Of a stretch of 64,000 nt of DNA, positions 11,744 to 22,157 are shown piece by piece; position 1 is the first letter of the stretch; every line of letters starts with the position of its first letter. The translations under genes and the position numbers were made by a program. Where the stretch lies: the NCBI GenBank assembly GCA_017503105.1, contig JAFVTS010000010.1:30419-94418 (forward strand), written 5' to 3'. The notes under the pieces were generated by a model. The model was given only the letters and a program-made list of their open reading frames with translations. It had not been told where the DNA came from and made no database searches. The DNA comes from Clostridia bacterium (GTDB lineage Bacteria; Bacillota; Clostridia; Oscillospirales; CAG-272).

Positions 11744-12742
11744 TTATTCCCTTTCGATTCTCAGGGCGGGAGCTATTCCGAGTATATTCTGACCTTGCAG
11801 GGTAGTAGTGGAGTTCATAAGAGCACCCGTTGACATAAAGAGAACTCTTTTCAGTTTTCTTTCTTCGAGCATTGGGAGAAAGTGGCAGGCAAGGACGGAG
11901 GCTGAGGTGCCGCAGCCCGAGGCTCCCGAGTGAGCGTCCTGCTTCTTATCATCGTAGAGCAAAAGAGCCGAATCTTTATGAATAGATGAAAGATAAGGGT
12001 CCTTTTTTGATAAAAGCTCGTGCAAAAGAGAGGTGCCGCAATATCCGAGATCTCCCGTTATAATAAGGTCAAATTCTCTCGGAGAAATTTCGGAGCTTTC
12101 AAAATAATTTATAACGGTATCAGCCGCAGCGAAAGCCATAGCGGGACCCATATTCGAAGCGTCGCTCGTCGCGCCGTCAACTATTCTTCCGACCAAAAAA
12201 TCGCGTATTTTTACACGTCCCGCGTTCCTACCAAGCAAAAAAGCGCCGGCTGCCGTCGCGGTCCACTGTGCCGTCATAGCTCTCTGTCCGCCGTATTCAA
12301 GAGGTGTTCTGAACTGTCTTTCCGCCGTGGCGTTATGAGATGAGGTAACGGCGGCGCAAACGTCAAGCTCCTCGTGAGAGTCCATAAAAGCCGAGAGGGA
12401 GAGAAGAGATTCCGCGCAGGTGGAGCAAGCTCCGTAAAGTCCGAGAAACGGAACGGAGAAGGAATGAAGACCGAGCGCCGTGGCGGCACATTGATTCTGA
12501 AGGTCGCCCGCGGCTATCAGGGTAAGGTCAAGGTTTGAGATACCCGCTTTTTTAAGTGCGATGTTAAGGCATATCCTCGCCATCTCCCCCTCGGCAAGCT
12601 CCCAGGTCTTTTGACCGAAAAGGTCGCTCGTGTCGCAAAAATCAAATTTATTACCTAAAGGGCCGCGCGATTCCTCAAGACCGCCGCACGAGGCGGCACA
12701 AATAAAGCCAATATCGTTTTTAATTTGAACTATTCGCTGCAT
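11744..12742 (-). CDS. spoVAD: Stage V sporulation protein AD
   Basis: E.RGPLG..FD, AGDLQNQC, PFLGLYGACST, ERQFRTPLEYGGQR, TAQWTAT, TGDLG. Confidence 0.95.
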   Translation of the reverse strand: MQRIVQIKNDIGFICAASCGGLEESRGPLGNKFDFCDTSDLFGQKTWELAEGEMARICLNIALKKAGISNLDLTLIAAGDLQNQCAATALGLHSFSVPFLGLYGACSTCAESLLSLSAFMDSHEELDVCAAVTSSHNATAERQFRTPLEYGGQRAMTAQWTATAAGAFLLGRNAGRVKIRDFLVGRIVDGATSDASNMGPAMAFAAADTVINYFESSEISPREFDLIITGDLGYCGTSLLHELLSKKDPYLSSIHKDSALLLYDDKKQDAHSGASGCGTSASVLACHFLPMLEERKLKRVLFMSTGALMNSTTTLQGQNILGIAPALRIERE

Positions 12743-12743
12743 T

Positions 12744-13190
12744 TTATCCTCCGATAAGGGAATAGACGTAGTAAATTACACCGTAGATAACGCCCGACAA
12801 AAGGCCGAAAATTATAACGGGTCCCGCCACGGTGAATATTTTTGCCCCGACTCCAAGTACGTATCCTTCGCTTGCCGAGTCCATAGCCTCGCTCGTTACG
12901 GCGTTGGAAAATCCCGACACGGGAACGAGAGTTCCCGCACCCGTAAAGCGCGCTATTTTATCAAAAACACCAATGCCCGTGAGAAGCGACGCTATAAAAA
13001 TTACCGAAAGGGTAACCAGACTTACGGAAGTTTTTTCTTCCGCGCCGAAGAAAACGTAGACTTTAAGCAAGACCTCGCCAAAAAGACAGATAAGTCCGCC
13101 AAAAAAGAACGCTCGCAGTGAATTTTTTAACACGGGTGAGGACTTAGAGTGCTTTTTTATCAGTTTTTTCTTTTCTTCTTCAGACATCAT
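12744..13190 (-). CDS. spoVAC: Stage V sporulation protein AC
   Basis: AFFFGGLIC, GAGTLVPVSGFSNAV, EGYVLGVGAKIFTVAGPVI. Confidence 0.95.
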   Translation of the reverse strand: MMSEEEKKKLIKKHSKSSPVLKNSLRAFFFGGLICLFGEVLLKVYVFFGAEEKTSVSLVTLSVIFIASLLTGIGVFDKIARFTGAGTLVPVSGFSNAVTSEAMDSASEGYVLGVGAKIFTVAGPVIIFGLLSGVIYGVIYYVYSLIGG

Positions 13191-13370
13191 TTTTTAAAAT
13201 ACCTGCCAAAAAGTTAATTAAAGTTTACAAAAATCGCGGCTTGTTTTCCTTAGATCGCGCGATTTTCCCATATTTATTTTCTGTCGGTAAAAATAAAATA
13301 TACGTATTGATTTTTTTTAAAATCTATTGTATAATAGTTATATAAATAAATGAAAGGAGCCGTGCTTCCT

Positions 13371-13907
13371 TTGAAAATAAAAGCAAGTATAATGGATTCT
13401 CCCGCCGTCGGAAGAGCGATAAAGCGTCTTGCGCACGAGATAGTAGAGAAGAATAACGGGACTGACGACGTCGTAATAGTAGGCATATTAAAGCGCGGAT
13501 CTTACATAGCGAGCCGACTTGCGGAGAAGATATACGAGATAGAGGGGACGAGAGTTCCCGTCGGTGATATGGATATCAGCTTTTACAGGGACGATCTTGG
13601 AAGAAACGTGCAGCCCGTCGTAAACAACACCGACATACCTTTTGATATAAACGGAAAGAACGTGGTGCTGGTGGATGACGTTCTTTACACGGGCAGGACC
13701 GTCAGAGCCGCGATAGACTGTCTTTTCAGAATGGGCAGGGCAAGGACCGTGCAGCTCGCGGTTATGATTGACAGAGGGCTTCGAGAGCTTCCGATAAAAG
13801 CGGATTTCGTGGGAAAGAACATACCGACCTCTCACACGGAAAGAGTTGCCGTTAAAATGAGTGAGTGTGACGGTGAGGATCTGGTATTCATTTATGAAAA
13901 CGATTAA
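13371..13907 (+). CDS. pyrR: Bifunctional pyr attenuation regulator / uracil phosphoribosyltransferase
   Basis: RLAHEIVE, DISFYRDD, LVDDVLYTGRTVRAA, RELPIKADFVGKNIPT; TTG start after AAAGGAG. Confidence 0.95.
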   Translation: MKIKASIMDSPAVGRAIKRLAHEIVEKNNGTDDVVIVGILKRGSYIASRLAEKIYEIEGTRVPVGDMDISFYRDDLGRNVQPVVNNTDIPFDINGKNVVLVDDVLYTGRTVRAAIDCLFRMGRARTVQLAVMIDRGLRELPIKADFVGKNIPTSHTERVAVKMSECDGEDLVFIYEND

Positions 13908-13924
13908 AAAAGAGGAGAATTAAA

Positions 13925-14308
13925 ATGCCGTATCAGCAGCTTAAGGGATACGTTCCCGAGGAAAAGGTAGAAGAAGACGTCGACGATCACACTATGGAAC
14001 CCGAAGCAGAGGAGGAATCTAACCCCAACATAACGCACGGAACGCGTCTTTGGTCTATTTTGTCCGTGATTTTTTCCGCCGTCGGAGTTATACTCGTTTT
14101 TATTCCTGCGGTCGGTATTTTCTTCGGTCTTGCGGGGATAGGATTTGCCATCGTTTCAAGAAAGAAAAACGGATATTTCTATAACACCGACGTCGTTGGA
14201 ATAGTAATAGGAGCCATAGCCGTCGCATCCTGCGGATTCTTCATTATCTACAACGCGATGAACGCCGCGGGCGCTATCCCGAGCATATTCCGTGAGCTTA
14301 TAAAATAA
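13925..14308 (+). CDS. Hypothetical membrane protein (DUF4190-like)
   Basis: Acidic N-terminus followed by 2-3 hydrophobic segments; GAGGAG RBS. Confidence 0.7.
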   Translation: MPYQQLKGYVPEEKVEEDVDDHTMEPEAEEESNPNITHGTRLWSILSVIFSAVGVILVFIPAVGIFFGLAGIGFAIVSRKKNGYFYNTDVVGIVIGAIAVASCGFFIIYNAMNAAGAIPSIFRELIK

Positions 14309-14337
14309 CGCTCCACAGAACTGAAATAAAAGAGCGA

Positions 14338-14390
14338 AAATAAAAAAAGGGCAGAGAATGATTTACGTGCATTCTCCGTCCTTTTTATTT
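14338..14390. terminator. Bidirectional intrinsic terminator
   Basis: Imperfect inverted repeat AAATAAAAAAAGGGCAGAGAATG...CATTCTCCGTCCTTTTTATTT between convergent genes. Confidence 0.6.
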
Positions 14391-14401
14391 CGTTCGGTTT
14401 T

Positions 14402-15466
14402 TTATTTCGTCGGGCTTATAACCTTTTGAACGTTATTTTTATAGTCGATGCAGTCGCAGAACCAATCGGTCTTATCGCCCTCTATATCCCAGAGATAGAA
14501 GATTGTATTCTTGCAGTTATGGAACGCGTAGGTTTCGATAGTTTTGACGCTTGAGGGAATGTCTATCTTTGCAAGACTCGTGCAGCCGTTGAACGCGCCG
14601 TTTGATATTTTCTCGGTCTTGGGTGACAGCTTTACCTCGGCAAGAGAGGTGCATTCCTCAAAGACGTAGCTCGATATAACGGTCACTCCCTCGGGAATCG
14701 TTATTGATTTAAGGGAGGTACAATATCTGAAGGCAAAGCTTCCTATCTCGCGGAGCGTGTCGGGCAGGGTTATTTCCTCGAGCGTCGAGCAACCGTTGAA
14801 GGCGTCTTTCTTTATGGAAACGACGGTCCTTTTTCCTATTTTCGCGGGAATCGTAAGGCTCACGGGCTTTTCTATGTAGCCGGTAATGGCAATTTCCTTG
14901 TCGCTGATGCTTGTCCAAGAGAAGGAGCCGAAGCTTCCGCATCCCCACTCAACGTGTTCCTTGTCAGCGCTCATATCATTACCGCTCGTGTCTGTGTACC
15001 AATATCTGTGCCAGCCCTCGGGATGAATGGATTCACAGTTCTCCTCCTCGGTGCATATATGCGGGTCGTCCGTTTCGCAAAAGACCTTGTAATTTCCGAC
15101 AAGCGCGTTTTTGGATACGGATTTTATCGAAGAGGTTATCGTTATGGTCTCTATAACGCTGTTATCGTTGAAGGCGTAGGAGTTGATTCCGAGAACGGGC
15201 TTTCCGTTCCATTCCGCGGGAATGAAAACGTCCGCTTCCGTGCCGTGGTAGCCCGTAACGACGTAGAAATCGTGAACCTCGCTGAACGCAAGACCGTACG
15301 TGCCGTTGCTCGTTATAGGCTCTTCCTTTTTCTCGGGGGATAAGCCCGGAACGACTATCGGATCTCCCTCGGGCGTAACGGTAACGTCCTCCCACGAGCA
15401 AGAGAAAAGCGCGGATGTCAAAACTGCGATGACGGGAATTATAAGTAATTTTTTAAATATTTTCAT
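14402..15466 (-). CDS. BspA-type leucine-rich repeat (LRR_5) lipoprotein
   Basis: Lipobox LFSC; repeats of AF.GC..L..I.IP..V..I. Confidence 0.9.
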   Translation of the reverse strand: MKIFKKLLIIPVIAVLTSALFSCSWEDVTVTPEGDPIVVPGLSPEKKEEPITSNGTYGLAFSEVHDFYVVTGYHGTEADVFIPAEWNGKPVLGINSYAFNDNSVIETITITSSIKSVSKNALVGNYKVFCETDDPHICTEEENCESIHPEGWHRYWYTDTSGNDMSADKEHVEWGCGSFGSFSWTSISDKEIAITGYIEKPVSLTIPAKIGKRTVVSIKKDAFNGCSTLEEITLPDTLREIGSFAFRYCTSLKSITIPEGVTVISSYVFEECTSLAEVKLSPKTEKISNGAFNGCTSLAKIDIPSSVKTIETYAFHNCKNTIFYLWDIEGDKTDWFCDCIDYKNNVQKVISPTK

Positions 15467-15651
15467 AAATTACCTCGCAATTTTTATGGTAATATTTTTT
15501 CATTATATATTTTAGCACAAAAACGCGTGTTTTACAACACTTATTTGAAAATTCCATAAAAAAACAGAAAGTAAAGAAAAAGAAGGACGGAAAAGCCGAA
15601 AAGCTCGCCCGTCCTCTTTTTTAAACGTTTATTCCGTTATTTATTTCTTTC

Positions 15652-18288
15652 TTATATTGAAGAAAGTATCTCCTCTGCCTTCGAAAGAGCCGCGTCGATC
15701 TTGTCAATATCGCGTCCGCCGCTCATCGCGCTGTCGGGGCGTCCGCCGCCTTTGCCGCCCGTTACTGCCGCAACCTCTCCGAGAAGCTTGCCCGCGTGCG
15801 CGCCCGCCTTTACCGCGTCGGGACCCGCTGCCGCGATGAAGTTGAGCTTTCCGTCCGAAACGAGTGCGAATACCGCGACGGCGTCGGGATATTTTGCCTT
15901 GACCGTGTCGGCAAGACCTCTTACCGCGTCGGGCTTCATTCCGTCAACCCTTGCCGTAAGGAGCTTGAATTTGCCGACTTCCTTGATTCCCGAGAGAAGC
16001 GCGCTCGCTTTGCTCTCGGCTATCTTTGCGTTCGCGGAGTCAAGCTCGCGCTTGAGCTCCTTTATCTCAGCCTGAAGTGCCTGAGCCTTGGTTGCTATTG
16101 CCGCGGAGTTGGGGCTCTTGAGCTCCTTTGCGGTCTCCTTTATGAGCTCTTCCTTTTCGCCGAGAAGCGCAAGGACGCCAAGTCCCGTCGTGCCCTCTAT
16201 TCTTCTGACGCCTGCCGCAACGCTCGACTCGGAAATGATCTTGAAAAGACCGATAACGCCCGTGTTGGGGACGTGAGTACCGCCGCAGAGCTCGGTGGAG
16301 GACGAGCCTATCTTAACGACTCTGACTTCCTTGCCGTACTTTTCGCCGAAGAGAGCCATAGCGCCCATCTTCTTAGCGCTCTCGGGGTCGGTGAGGACGG
16401 TGTCACAGCCCTCTGCAAGAAGGATGTTGGTGTTTACTATTGCCTCGACCTTAGCGATCTCATCAGCCGTCATAGCGGCAAGGTGAGTAAAGTCAAAGCG
16501 CACTCTGTGCTCGTCAACGTAAGAGCCCGCCTGCTCAACGTGCTTGCCGAGGACGGCTCTCAGAGCTGCTTGGAGGAGGTGTGCCGCGGAGTGGTTTCTC
16601 ATAATTGCCGCGCGGCGTATGGGGTCGACAGTAAGGGTGAGCGTGTCACCGAGCTTGATCGAGCCTTTTTCTATTTTAACCTCGTGAATATAGATGCCGT
16701 TGGTCTTCTTGGTGTCGCAAACGGTGATAGCCACGTCAGCGCCCGTGATAGAGCCCGTGTCGCCGACCTGACCGCCGCCCTCGCCGTAGAAGGGCGTTTT
16801 GTCGAATATAAGGGAGCACTCACCCTCGGAGATCTCGTCTGCGGCGCCCTCGTCGGTGATTATTGCAAGGAGCTTTGCCTCGCAGGAAGCCTTCGCGGGA
16901 TCTGCTACGTAGCCCGTAAATTCCGTCGCGGGAAGGTTTTCAAGAAGGTTCTTTGATGAATCAGCCCAGCCCGAGATGTTGCCTCTTGCCGCACGCGCGC
17001 GAGTTTTTTGCTCGTTCATAAGCTCGGCAAACGCCGCCTCGTCAACGGAAAGACCGTTTTCCTCCGCGATCTCGCGAGTGAGGTCAACGGGGAAGCCGAA
17101 GGTGTCGTAAAGCTTGAAGGTGTCGGCGCCCGAAAGGGTCGTCTTGCCCTCGGCTTTTGCCGCGTCTATAAGCGATGAAAGGATGCCAAGTCCTGCGTCG
17201 ATGGTAGCGTTGAAGCGCTCTTCCTCAAGAACGATGACCTTGAGAACGTAATCGCGCTTCTCGCGAAGCTCGGTGTAAGCGTCCTCGTTCTGCGAAATAA
17301 CTATCTCGCAAAGACCCTTCAAGAACAATCCGTCTATTCCGAGGAGCTTTCCGTGACGGCAGGCACGTCTTATGATCCTTCTGAGAACGTAGCCTCTTCC
17401 CTCGTTCGAGGGGATAACGCCGTCGGAGATCATAAACGTAGCGCTTCTTACGTGGTCGGTAACGACGCGGATCGAAATATCGTCCATCTTGTCGTCGCCG
17501 TACCTTTTGCCCGCGATGGAGCAGACGGTATCAAGGATCCTTCTCACCGTGTCTACCTCAAAGAGGTTGTCCACGCCCTGCATTACGCAGGCAAGGCGCT
17601 CAAGACCCATACCCGTGTCGATATTTTTCTGCGCAAGCTCGGTGTAGTTGCCCGCGCCGTCGTTATTGAACTGAGAGAATACGTTGTTCCAGATCTCCAT
17701 AAATCTGTCACAGTCGCAGCCGGGCTTACAGTCGGGCGAGCCGCAGCCGTACTTCACGCCTCTGTCGAAGTATATCTCCGAGCAAGGACCGCAGGGACCC
17801 GAGCCGTGCTCCCAGAAGTTGTCCGCCTTGCCGAGCTTTACTATATGCTCCTCGGGCACGCCGATCTTATCGCGCCAGAGCGCGTACGCCTCGTCGTCCT
17901 TTTCGTAGACGGAGGGCCAGAGCAGATCTGTGGGGATCTCAAGGGTTTCCGTAAGGAATTCCCAAGCCCACGGAATAGCCTCGTTCTTAAAGTAATCGCC
18001 GAAAGAGAAGTTTCCGAGCATCTCGAAATACGTGCCGTGACGCGCGGTGTGACCGACTCTTTCAAGGTCGGGCGTTCTTATGCACTTCTGGCAGGTGCAA
18101 ACGCGCTTTCTCGGCGGCTCTTCCTCTCCCGTAAAATATTTCTTCATCGGCGCCATACCGGAATTTATAAGAAGCAGGGATTTATCACCGTTCGGCACAA
18201 GCGAGAAGCTTGGAAGACGGAGGTGCCCCTTACTCTCAAAGAAAGAGAGATATTTTTCACGAAGCTCATTGAGCGAGGTCCATTTCAT
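15652..18288 (-). CDS. alaS: Alanine--tRNA ligase
   Basis: FEMLGNFSFGDYFK, GPCGPCSEI, IDTGMGLER, NHSAAHLL, ELCGGTH, GGKGGGRP. Confidence 0.98.
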   Translation of the reverse strand: MKWTSLNELREKYLSFFESKGHLRLPSFSLVPNGDKSLLLINSGMAPMKKYFTGEEEPPRKRVCTCQKCIRTPDLERVGHTARHGTYFEMLGNFSFGDYFKNEAIPWAWEFLTETLEIPTDLLWPSVYEKDDEAYALWRDKIGVPEEHIVKLGKADNFWEHGSGPCGPCSEIYFDRGVKYGCGSPDCKPGCDCDRFMEIWNNVFSQFNNDGAGNYTELAQKNIDTGMGLERLACVMQGVDNLFEVDTVRRILDTVCSIAGKRYGDDKMDDISIRVVTDHVRSATFMISDGVIPSNEGRGYVLRRIIRRACRHGKLLGIDGLFLKGLCEIVISQNEDAYTELREKRDYVLKVIVLEEERFNATIDAGLGILSSLIDAAKAEGKTTLSGADTFKLYDTFGFPVDLTREIAEENGLSVDEAAFAELMNEQKTRARAARGNISGWADSSKNLLENLPATEFTGYVADPAKASCEAKLLAIITDEGAADEISEGECSLIFDKTPFYGEGGGQVGDTGSITGADVAITVCDTKKTNGIYIHEVKIEKGSIKLGDTLTLTVDPIRRAAIMRNHSAAHLLQAALRAVLGKHVEQAGSYVDEHRVRFDFTHLAAMTADEIAKVEAIVNTNILLAEGCDTVLTDPESAKKMGAMALFGEKYGKEVRVVKIGSSSTELCGGTHVPNTGVIGLFKIISESSVAAGVRRIEGTTGLGVLALLGEKEELIKETAKELKSPNSAAIATKAQALQAEIKELKRELDSANAKIAESKASALLSGIKEVGKFKLLTARVDGMKPDAVRGLADTVKAKYPDAVAVFALVSDGKLNFIAAAGPDAVKAGAHAGKLLGEVAAVTGGKGGGRPDSAMSGGRDIDKIDAALSKAEEILSSI

Positions 18289-18477
18289 AGAGTTTTTCTC
18301 CTTAAATATTTTGTCATTTATAAATTATAGCACAGAACGTATATAAAAGTCAATATTTAAAATAAAGAATATTTAATTTTGAAAGCTTATATTTTTTGCG
18401 TTTTAAGCAGAGCTCTCCGAAGCGCCGCGAAAGAACGGGGCGATTCGGGAAAAGCCGTTACCCCCACCCCGTGTAAA

Positions 18478-18506
18478 GAAAAAGCGCTCGAAACGAGCGC
18501 TTTTTC
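18478..18506. terminator. Intrinsic terminator downstream of the oxidoreductase
   Basis: AAAAAGCGCTCG-AAA-CGAGCGCTTTTT perfect hairpin with T/A tails. Confidence 0.75.
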
Positions 18507-18516
18507 TTTAAAAATG

Positions 18517-19803
18517 TTAATCAAAGTTTACAAGAGTCTTGATATCGACGGGCATACCCGTGGCAATGGACTTATTTGCCGCGATACCCGTAAGTATACT
18601 CATCGCGCCGTCAACGTGCGATGCAGCCCTCTTCAAGGGGTCCTCTTCGGGAGTGCCGAAGATGTCGTTGAGAAGAACGGGGTCGCCGCCGCCGTGACCG
18701 CCCTCGGCGGTGGGAATGTCGACCTTATAAGGAGCTGCGAACATAGGATAAACGGTGATGGATTTCTCGTTTACCGCACCCTCCTTTTCCTTCTCGCCTG
18801 CGCCGTTTACGTAAACCGTTTCCGAAACGTCAAGCTCAAGTCTGCCCTTCGTACCCGTGAAGACGACTCTGAAGCCCTCGCGCGGAGAGTAGGCGGTAAG
18901 AGAGTAGGACATAATAGCGCCGTTTTCATATCTTACGAGCACGCCCATAGTGTCCTCGATGCTGATCCCGTCGCCGAAAACGCTCTGGTCGCGAATGTAT
19001 CCGTCGTCAGCCTCCGCGTCAAGATAAAGCTTCTTGAGGGTGGGGTTTTCAGCCATATTGAGTGCGAAGGGATCGTTCTTCGCGTTTTCCGAGCCGTGGA
19101 CTCTCGAATAGAACTTCGTCTCGCCTCTGTTTTCCGCGTTCTCTCTGCCGTAGAAGAGAAGATCGCCGTAGGCGAATACCTGCTTCGGCTTCGTGCCGAG
19201 CCAGAAGTTTACGAGGTCGAAGTGGTGAGTTGACTTGTGAACGAGAAGGCCGCCGCTGTTTCTCTTATCTCTGTGCCAGCGTCTGAAATAATCCGCGCCG
19301 TGGCTGGTGTTGAGCATCCATTCGAAGTGAACGCACTTTACGTCGCCGATAACGCCGTCCATAAGGAGCTTGCGGGTGACGGAGTTGTGGGGCGCGTAGC
19401 GGTAGTTGAAGGAAACGCGCAAATTTCTGCCCGTTCTCTTCTGCGCGTCGATTATAGCCTGACACTTGACAGCATCGACGGTCATAGGCTTTTCGGTAAC
19501 GACGTCGCAGCCCATTTCCATTGCCTTGATTATGTATTTATGGTGAGTTCTGTCAACGGTGGTAACGATGACGCAATCGGGCTTTTCGATCTCGATCATC
19601 TTCTCGAATTCGTCAGCCATATAAATGTTTACGTCAGCTCCGCATATCTCCTTGATGCTGTTTTTTGCGTATTCAAGACGGGTACGGTTGATGTCGCAGA
19701 ATGCCACGATCTCCGACGTATCTCCGAAAGTTTTGGCTACCGCCTGGTAGAAGAATCTTGCTCGGCTTCCGGTGCCGACTTGAACGTATCTTTTCTTTTT
19801 CAT
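18517..19803 (-). CDS. Gfo/Idh/MocA-family oxidoreductase (YteT-like)
   Basis: VQVGTGSR Rossmann start, EKPM, NYRYAP, HGADYFRRWHR, SGGLLVHKSTHHFDL, GGHGGGD. Confidence 0.92.
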   Translation of the reverse strand: MKKKRYVQVGTGSRARFFYQAVAKTFGDTSEIVAFCDINRTRLEYAKNSIKEICGADVNIYMADEFEKMIEIEKPDCVIVTTVDRTHHKYIIKAMEMGCDVVTEKPMTVDAVKCQAIIDAQKRTGRNLRVSFNYRYAPHNSVTRKLLMDGVIGDVKCVHFEWMLNTSHGADYFRRWHRDKRNSGGLLVHKSTHHFDLVNFWLGTKPKQVFAYGDLLFYGRENAENRGETKFYSRVHGSENAKNDPFALNMAENPTLKKLYLDAEADDGYIRDQSVFGDGISIEDTMGVLVRYENGAIMSYSLTAYSPREGFRVVFTGTKGRLELDVSETVYVNGAGEKEKEGAVNEKSITVYPMFAAPYKVDIPTAEGGHGGGDPVLLNDIFGTPEEDPLKRAASHVDGAMSILTGIAANKSIATGMPVDIKTLVNFD

Positions 19804-19980
19804 TTTAAAAGACTCCTTTTGTTTTTATTTTACGGCTAAATTTTATCATAATAGGTAGGACTTTGCAATAGCTTATTTTGTCCTGTTTTATAAAAATCAA
19901 CATTTTTTGAACTGATTTTGAGTAAAATGTTGAACTTTACGTTTATTTATGGTAAAATTGTAGCGAATAGAGGTGATGAA

Positions 19981-20847
19981 ATGCAAGAGCAAAGAAGAAT
20001 GCCGAGAGAGGGATTTTTCCACTCGCTGGATGAGATGTTTAAAATAGATCGCAACCGTGTTGACAAACCCTGGTCAATGCGGAAATACCATTATCACGAC
20101 GCCGTCGAGCTTTATTATCTTGTGTCGGGCTCGAGGTATTATTTTATTAAGGATAAGACCTATCGCGTCCGCGCGGGTGAGCTCGTCACTATCTGTCCTT
20201 ATGACATTCACGCGACAGCCGCCACGGAGCAAGGGGCTTACGAGCGCGTGCTTATCACTTTTAAAAAAGAATACCTCGCACAGCTCCCCGACGCTTTTGG
20301 CGCGGATATTTTATCGCCAATATCGGAAAAAAGTCGCGTCGTAGCCCTCACGCGCGGTGAGCAAAGGTGGCTTGAGGCAACTCTTGACGCTCTTACGGAG
20401 GCAGATTCTTCGACTGACGCGTGCTCCGAGGCCTTCGTCAAAAGCGCGCTCGTCGGCATCCTTATTCTTCTCGGTAAAAAGAGCGAGAGAGCGGACGATG
20501 AAATTTTGAAAATGCCGGCGGGAGCTATGCTCGTTTCTCGCATTTCGGGATATATAAGCGCGAATTTCGCGGAGAAAATATCGCTTCGAACCGTTGCCGC
20601 GGAGTTTTTCGTCAGTCCGAGTTATCTTTCAAGAACTTTCAGCCGTATAACGGGAATGACGATAACCGAGCATATAAACGCCGTGAGAATAAAAGAAGCG
20701 GAGCGCCTGCTTCTGACGAGCGACGCCACGGTTTCGGCCATTGCCGAGCGCGTCGGATTTTCGTCGCAAACGCACTTTGAGCGCGTATTCAAATCCGTGA
20801 CCAACACCAGACCCCTTGACTTCAGAACGAAAAGAGGCGGGAAGTGA
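19981..20847 (+). CDS. AraC-family transcriptional regulator
   Basis: Cupin HYHDAVELYY; C-terminal double HTH (YLSRTF...RIKEA..LL...IAERVGF.SQTHF.RVFK); divergent from the oxidoreductase. Confidence 0.92.
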   Translation: MQEQRRMPREGFFHSLDEMFKIDRNRVDKPWSMRKYHYHDAVELYYLVSGSRYYFIKDKTYRVRAGELVTICPYDIHATAATEQGAYERVLITFKKEYLAQLPDAFGADILSPISEKSRVVALTRGEQRWLEATLDALTEADSSTDACSEAFVKSALVGILILLGKKSERADDEILKMPAGAMLVSRISGYISANFAEKISLRTVAAEFFVSPSYLSRTFSRITGMTITEHINAVRIKEAERLLLTSDATVSAIAERVGFSSQTHFERVFKSVTNTRPLDFRTKRGGK

Positions 20848-21029
20848 CGAGGCGCTGTGAGTGTCGCCCGTTTGTAAACGGCATTTTAACTTCGTGCGCC
20901 GCATTTTTGCGCCTTTTCCTTACAGAGAAGGAAAGGGAGCTTTTCCACGTTGCCTTTAAATAAAAAACGGTGCCGTCCGTGATGGGTGGCACCATTTTTA
21001 TCACCTATACCCCGAGGGGAGCGGTGACG

Positions 21030-22157
21030 TCAGTATTTTTTCGGATTTTTGAAGTATTGGTAGAGGTAGCAGGGGATCATACCGTTGTAGAGCTTGCGCA
21101 CCTTGTCCGCGCGCTTACCGTAAAGGCGTTCAAACGCGGGGTGCGAGGTGATGATGTATATCTGCCACGGCGCAAGAGCTCTGAAATGCTCTCCGATCTC
21201 GCGGTAAAGCCGCTCTACCGAGGCGGGGTTGCCGAGCCTTTCGCCGTACGGGGGATTTACCACCACGGTGGCGCGTCTTTCGGGCGCGGAGATCTTTCTC
21301 GCGTCGCAAACGAAGGGCTTCACCACGTCGAGCACGCCTGCCGCCCTCGCGTTTCTCTCCGTCAGGGCAACGCAGTTTTTGTCTATATCGGACGAATAAA
21401 CCTCAAAGCTCGTCCTGATTATTCCGTCGGCAGCCTCTTCACGCGCGTTTTTCCAGTGCTTTTTGTCAATGAAGGCGAACTCCTCACCCGCAAAGCTCCT
21501 CTTTGCCCCCGGGGCAACGTGCTTCATCATCATTGCCGCCTCTATTCCAAGCGTGCCGCTGCCGCACATCGGATCCCAAAGAAGGACGTCCTCTCTCGGG
21601 CGCGAGGTGGCAACTATCGCCGCCGCAAGAGTTTCCCTGATAGGCGCGGCGTTTGACTCTTTTCTGTATCCGCGCTTGTGGAGCGGAAGACCCGAGGTGT
21701 CTATCATCAGCGACGCCTCGTTGTTCAGAATGAAGAATTCCACCTGATATTTCGTGCCCTCCTCGGGGAACTGCGTAATGCCGTATTTTGACGACATCGA
21801 GCGCACTATCGCCTTTTTAATTATCGCCTGACAGTCAGGCACGGAGTGAAGCTGCGATTTTATCGCGTGTCCCTTGACGGGAAAGGCGTCGTCACGCCCG
21901 ATAAATTCGTACCACGGCAGAGCCCTCGTCCCCTCGAAAAGCTCCTCAAAGCTCTCCGCGTGAAACGAGCCTAATTTTATATAAACTCTCTCTGCATATC
22001 TCAAAAACACGTTTGACAGCGCGATAGCCTCTTCATCTCCGATGAAGGTCACTCGCCCGTCTATCGTTGAAATTCTCTCGTAACCCAAGGCGTCGATCTG
22101 CTCGCCGAGCAGGTGCTCAAGCCCGAAAAGACAGGTGGCAACAAGCTGAAGCTTCAT
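21030..22157 (-). CDS. THUMP-domain rRNA methyltransferase (RlmL/YpsC-like)
   Basis: ATCLFGLE, DTSGLPLHKRGYR, APIRETLAAA, DPMCGSGT, NPPYGERL. Confidence 0.9.
   Translation of the reverse strand: MKLQLVATCLFGLEHLLGEQIDALGYERISTIDGRVTFIGDEEAIALSNVFLRYAERVYIKLGSFHAESFEELFEGTRALPWYEFIGRDDAFPVKGHAIKSQLHSVPDCQAIIKKAIVRSMSSKYGITQFPEEGTKYQVEFFILNNEASLMIDTSGLPLHKRGYRKESNAAPIRETLAAAIVATSRPREDVLLWDPMCGSGTLGIEAAMMMKHVAPGAKRSFAGEEFAFIDKKHWKNAREEAADGIIRTSFEVYSSDIDKNCVALTERNARAAGVLDVVKPFVCDARKISAPERRATVVVNPPYGERLGNPASVERLYREIGEHFRALAPWQIYIITSHPAFERLYGKRADKVRKLYNGMIPCYLYQYFKNPKKY

Noticed and set aside
13270-13306. Forespore sigma-G/F promoter for spoVA, and a sigma-E/K-like motif near 45910-45947 for dpaA
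   Set aside because: Biologically plausible, but the matches are weak in AT-rich DNA and cannot be supported by eye.
18289-18360. T-box riboswitch upstream of alaS
   Set aside because: A TTGACT...TATAAT promoter on the minus strand lies only a few tens of bases from the start codon; there is no room and no T-box motif.
15796-19839. Long plus-strand ORFs antisense to alaS and the oxidoreductase (386, 325, 284, 200 aa), and similar shadows over gyrA, carB, pyrD, guaB and the S41 gene
   Set aside because: Antisense shadow frames produced by codon bias in well-supported genes; no recognisable motifs.
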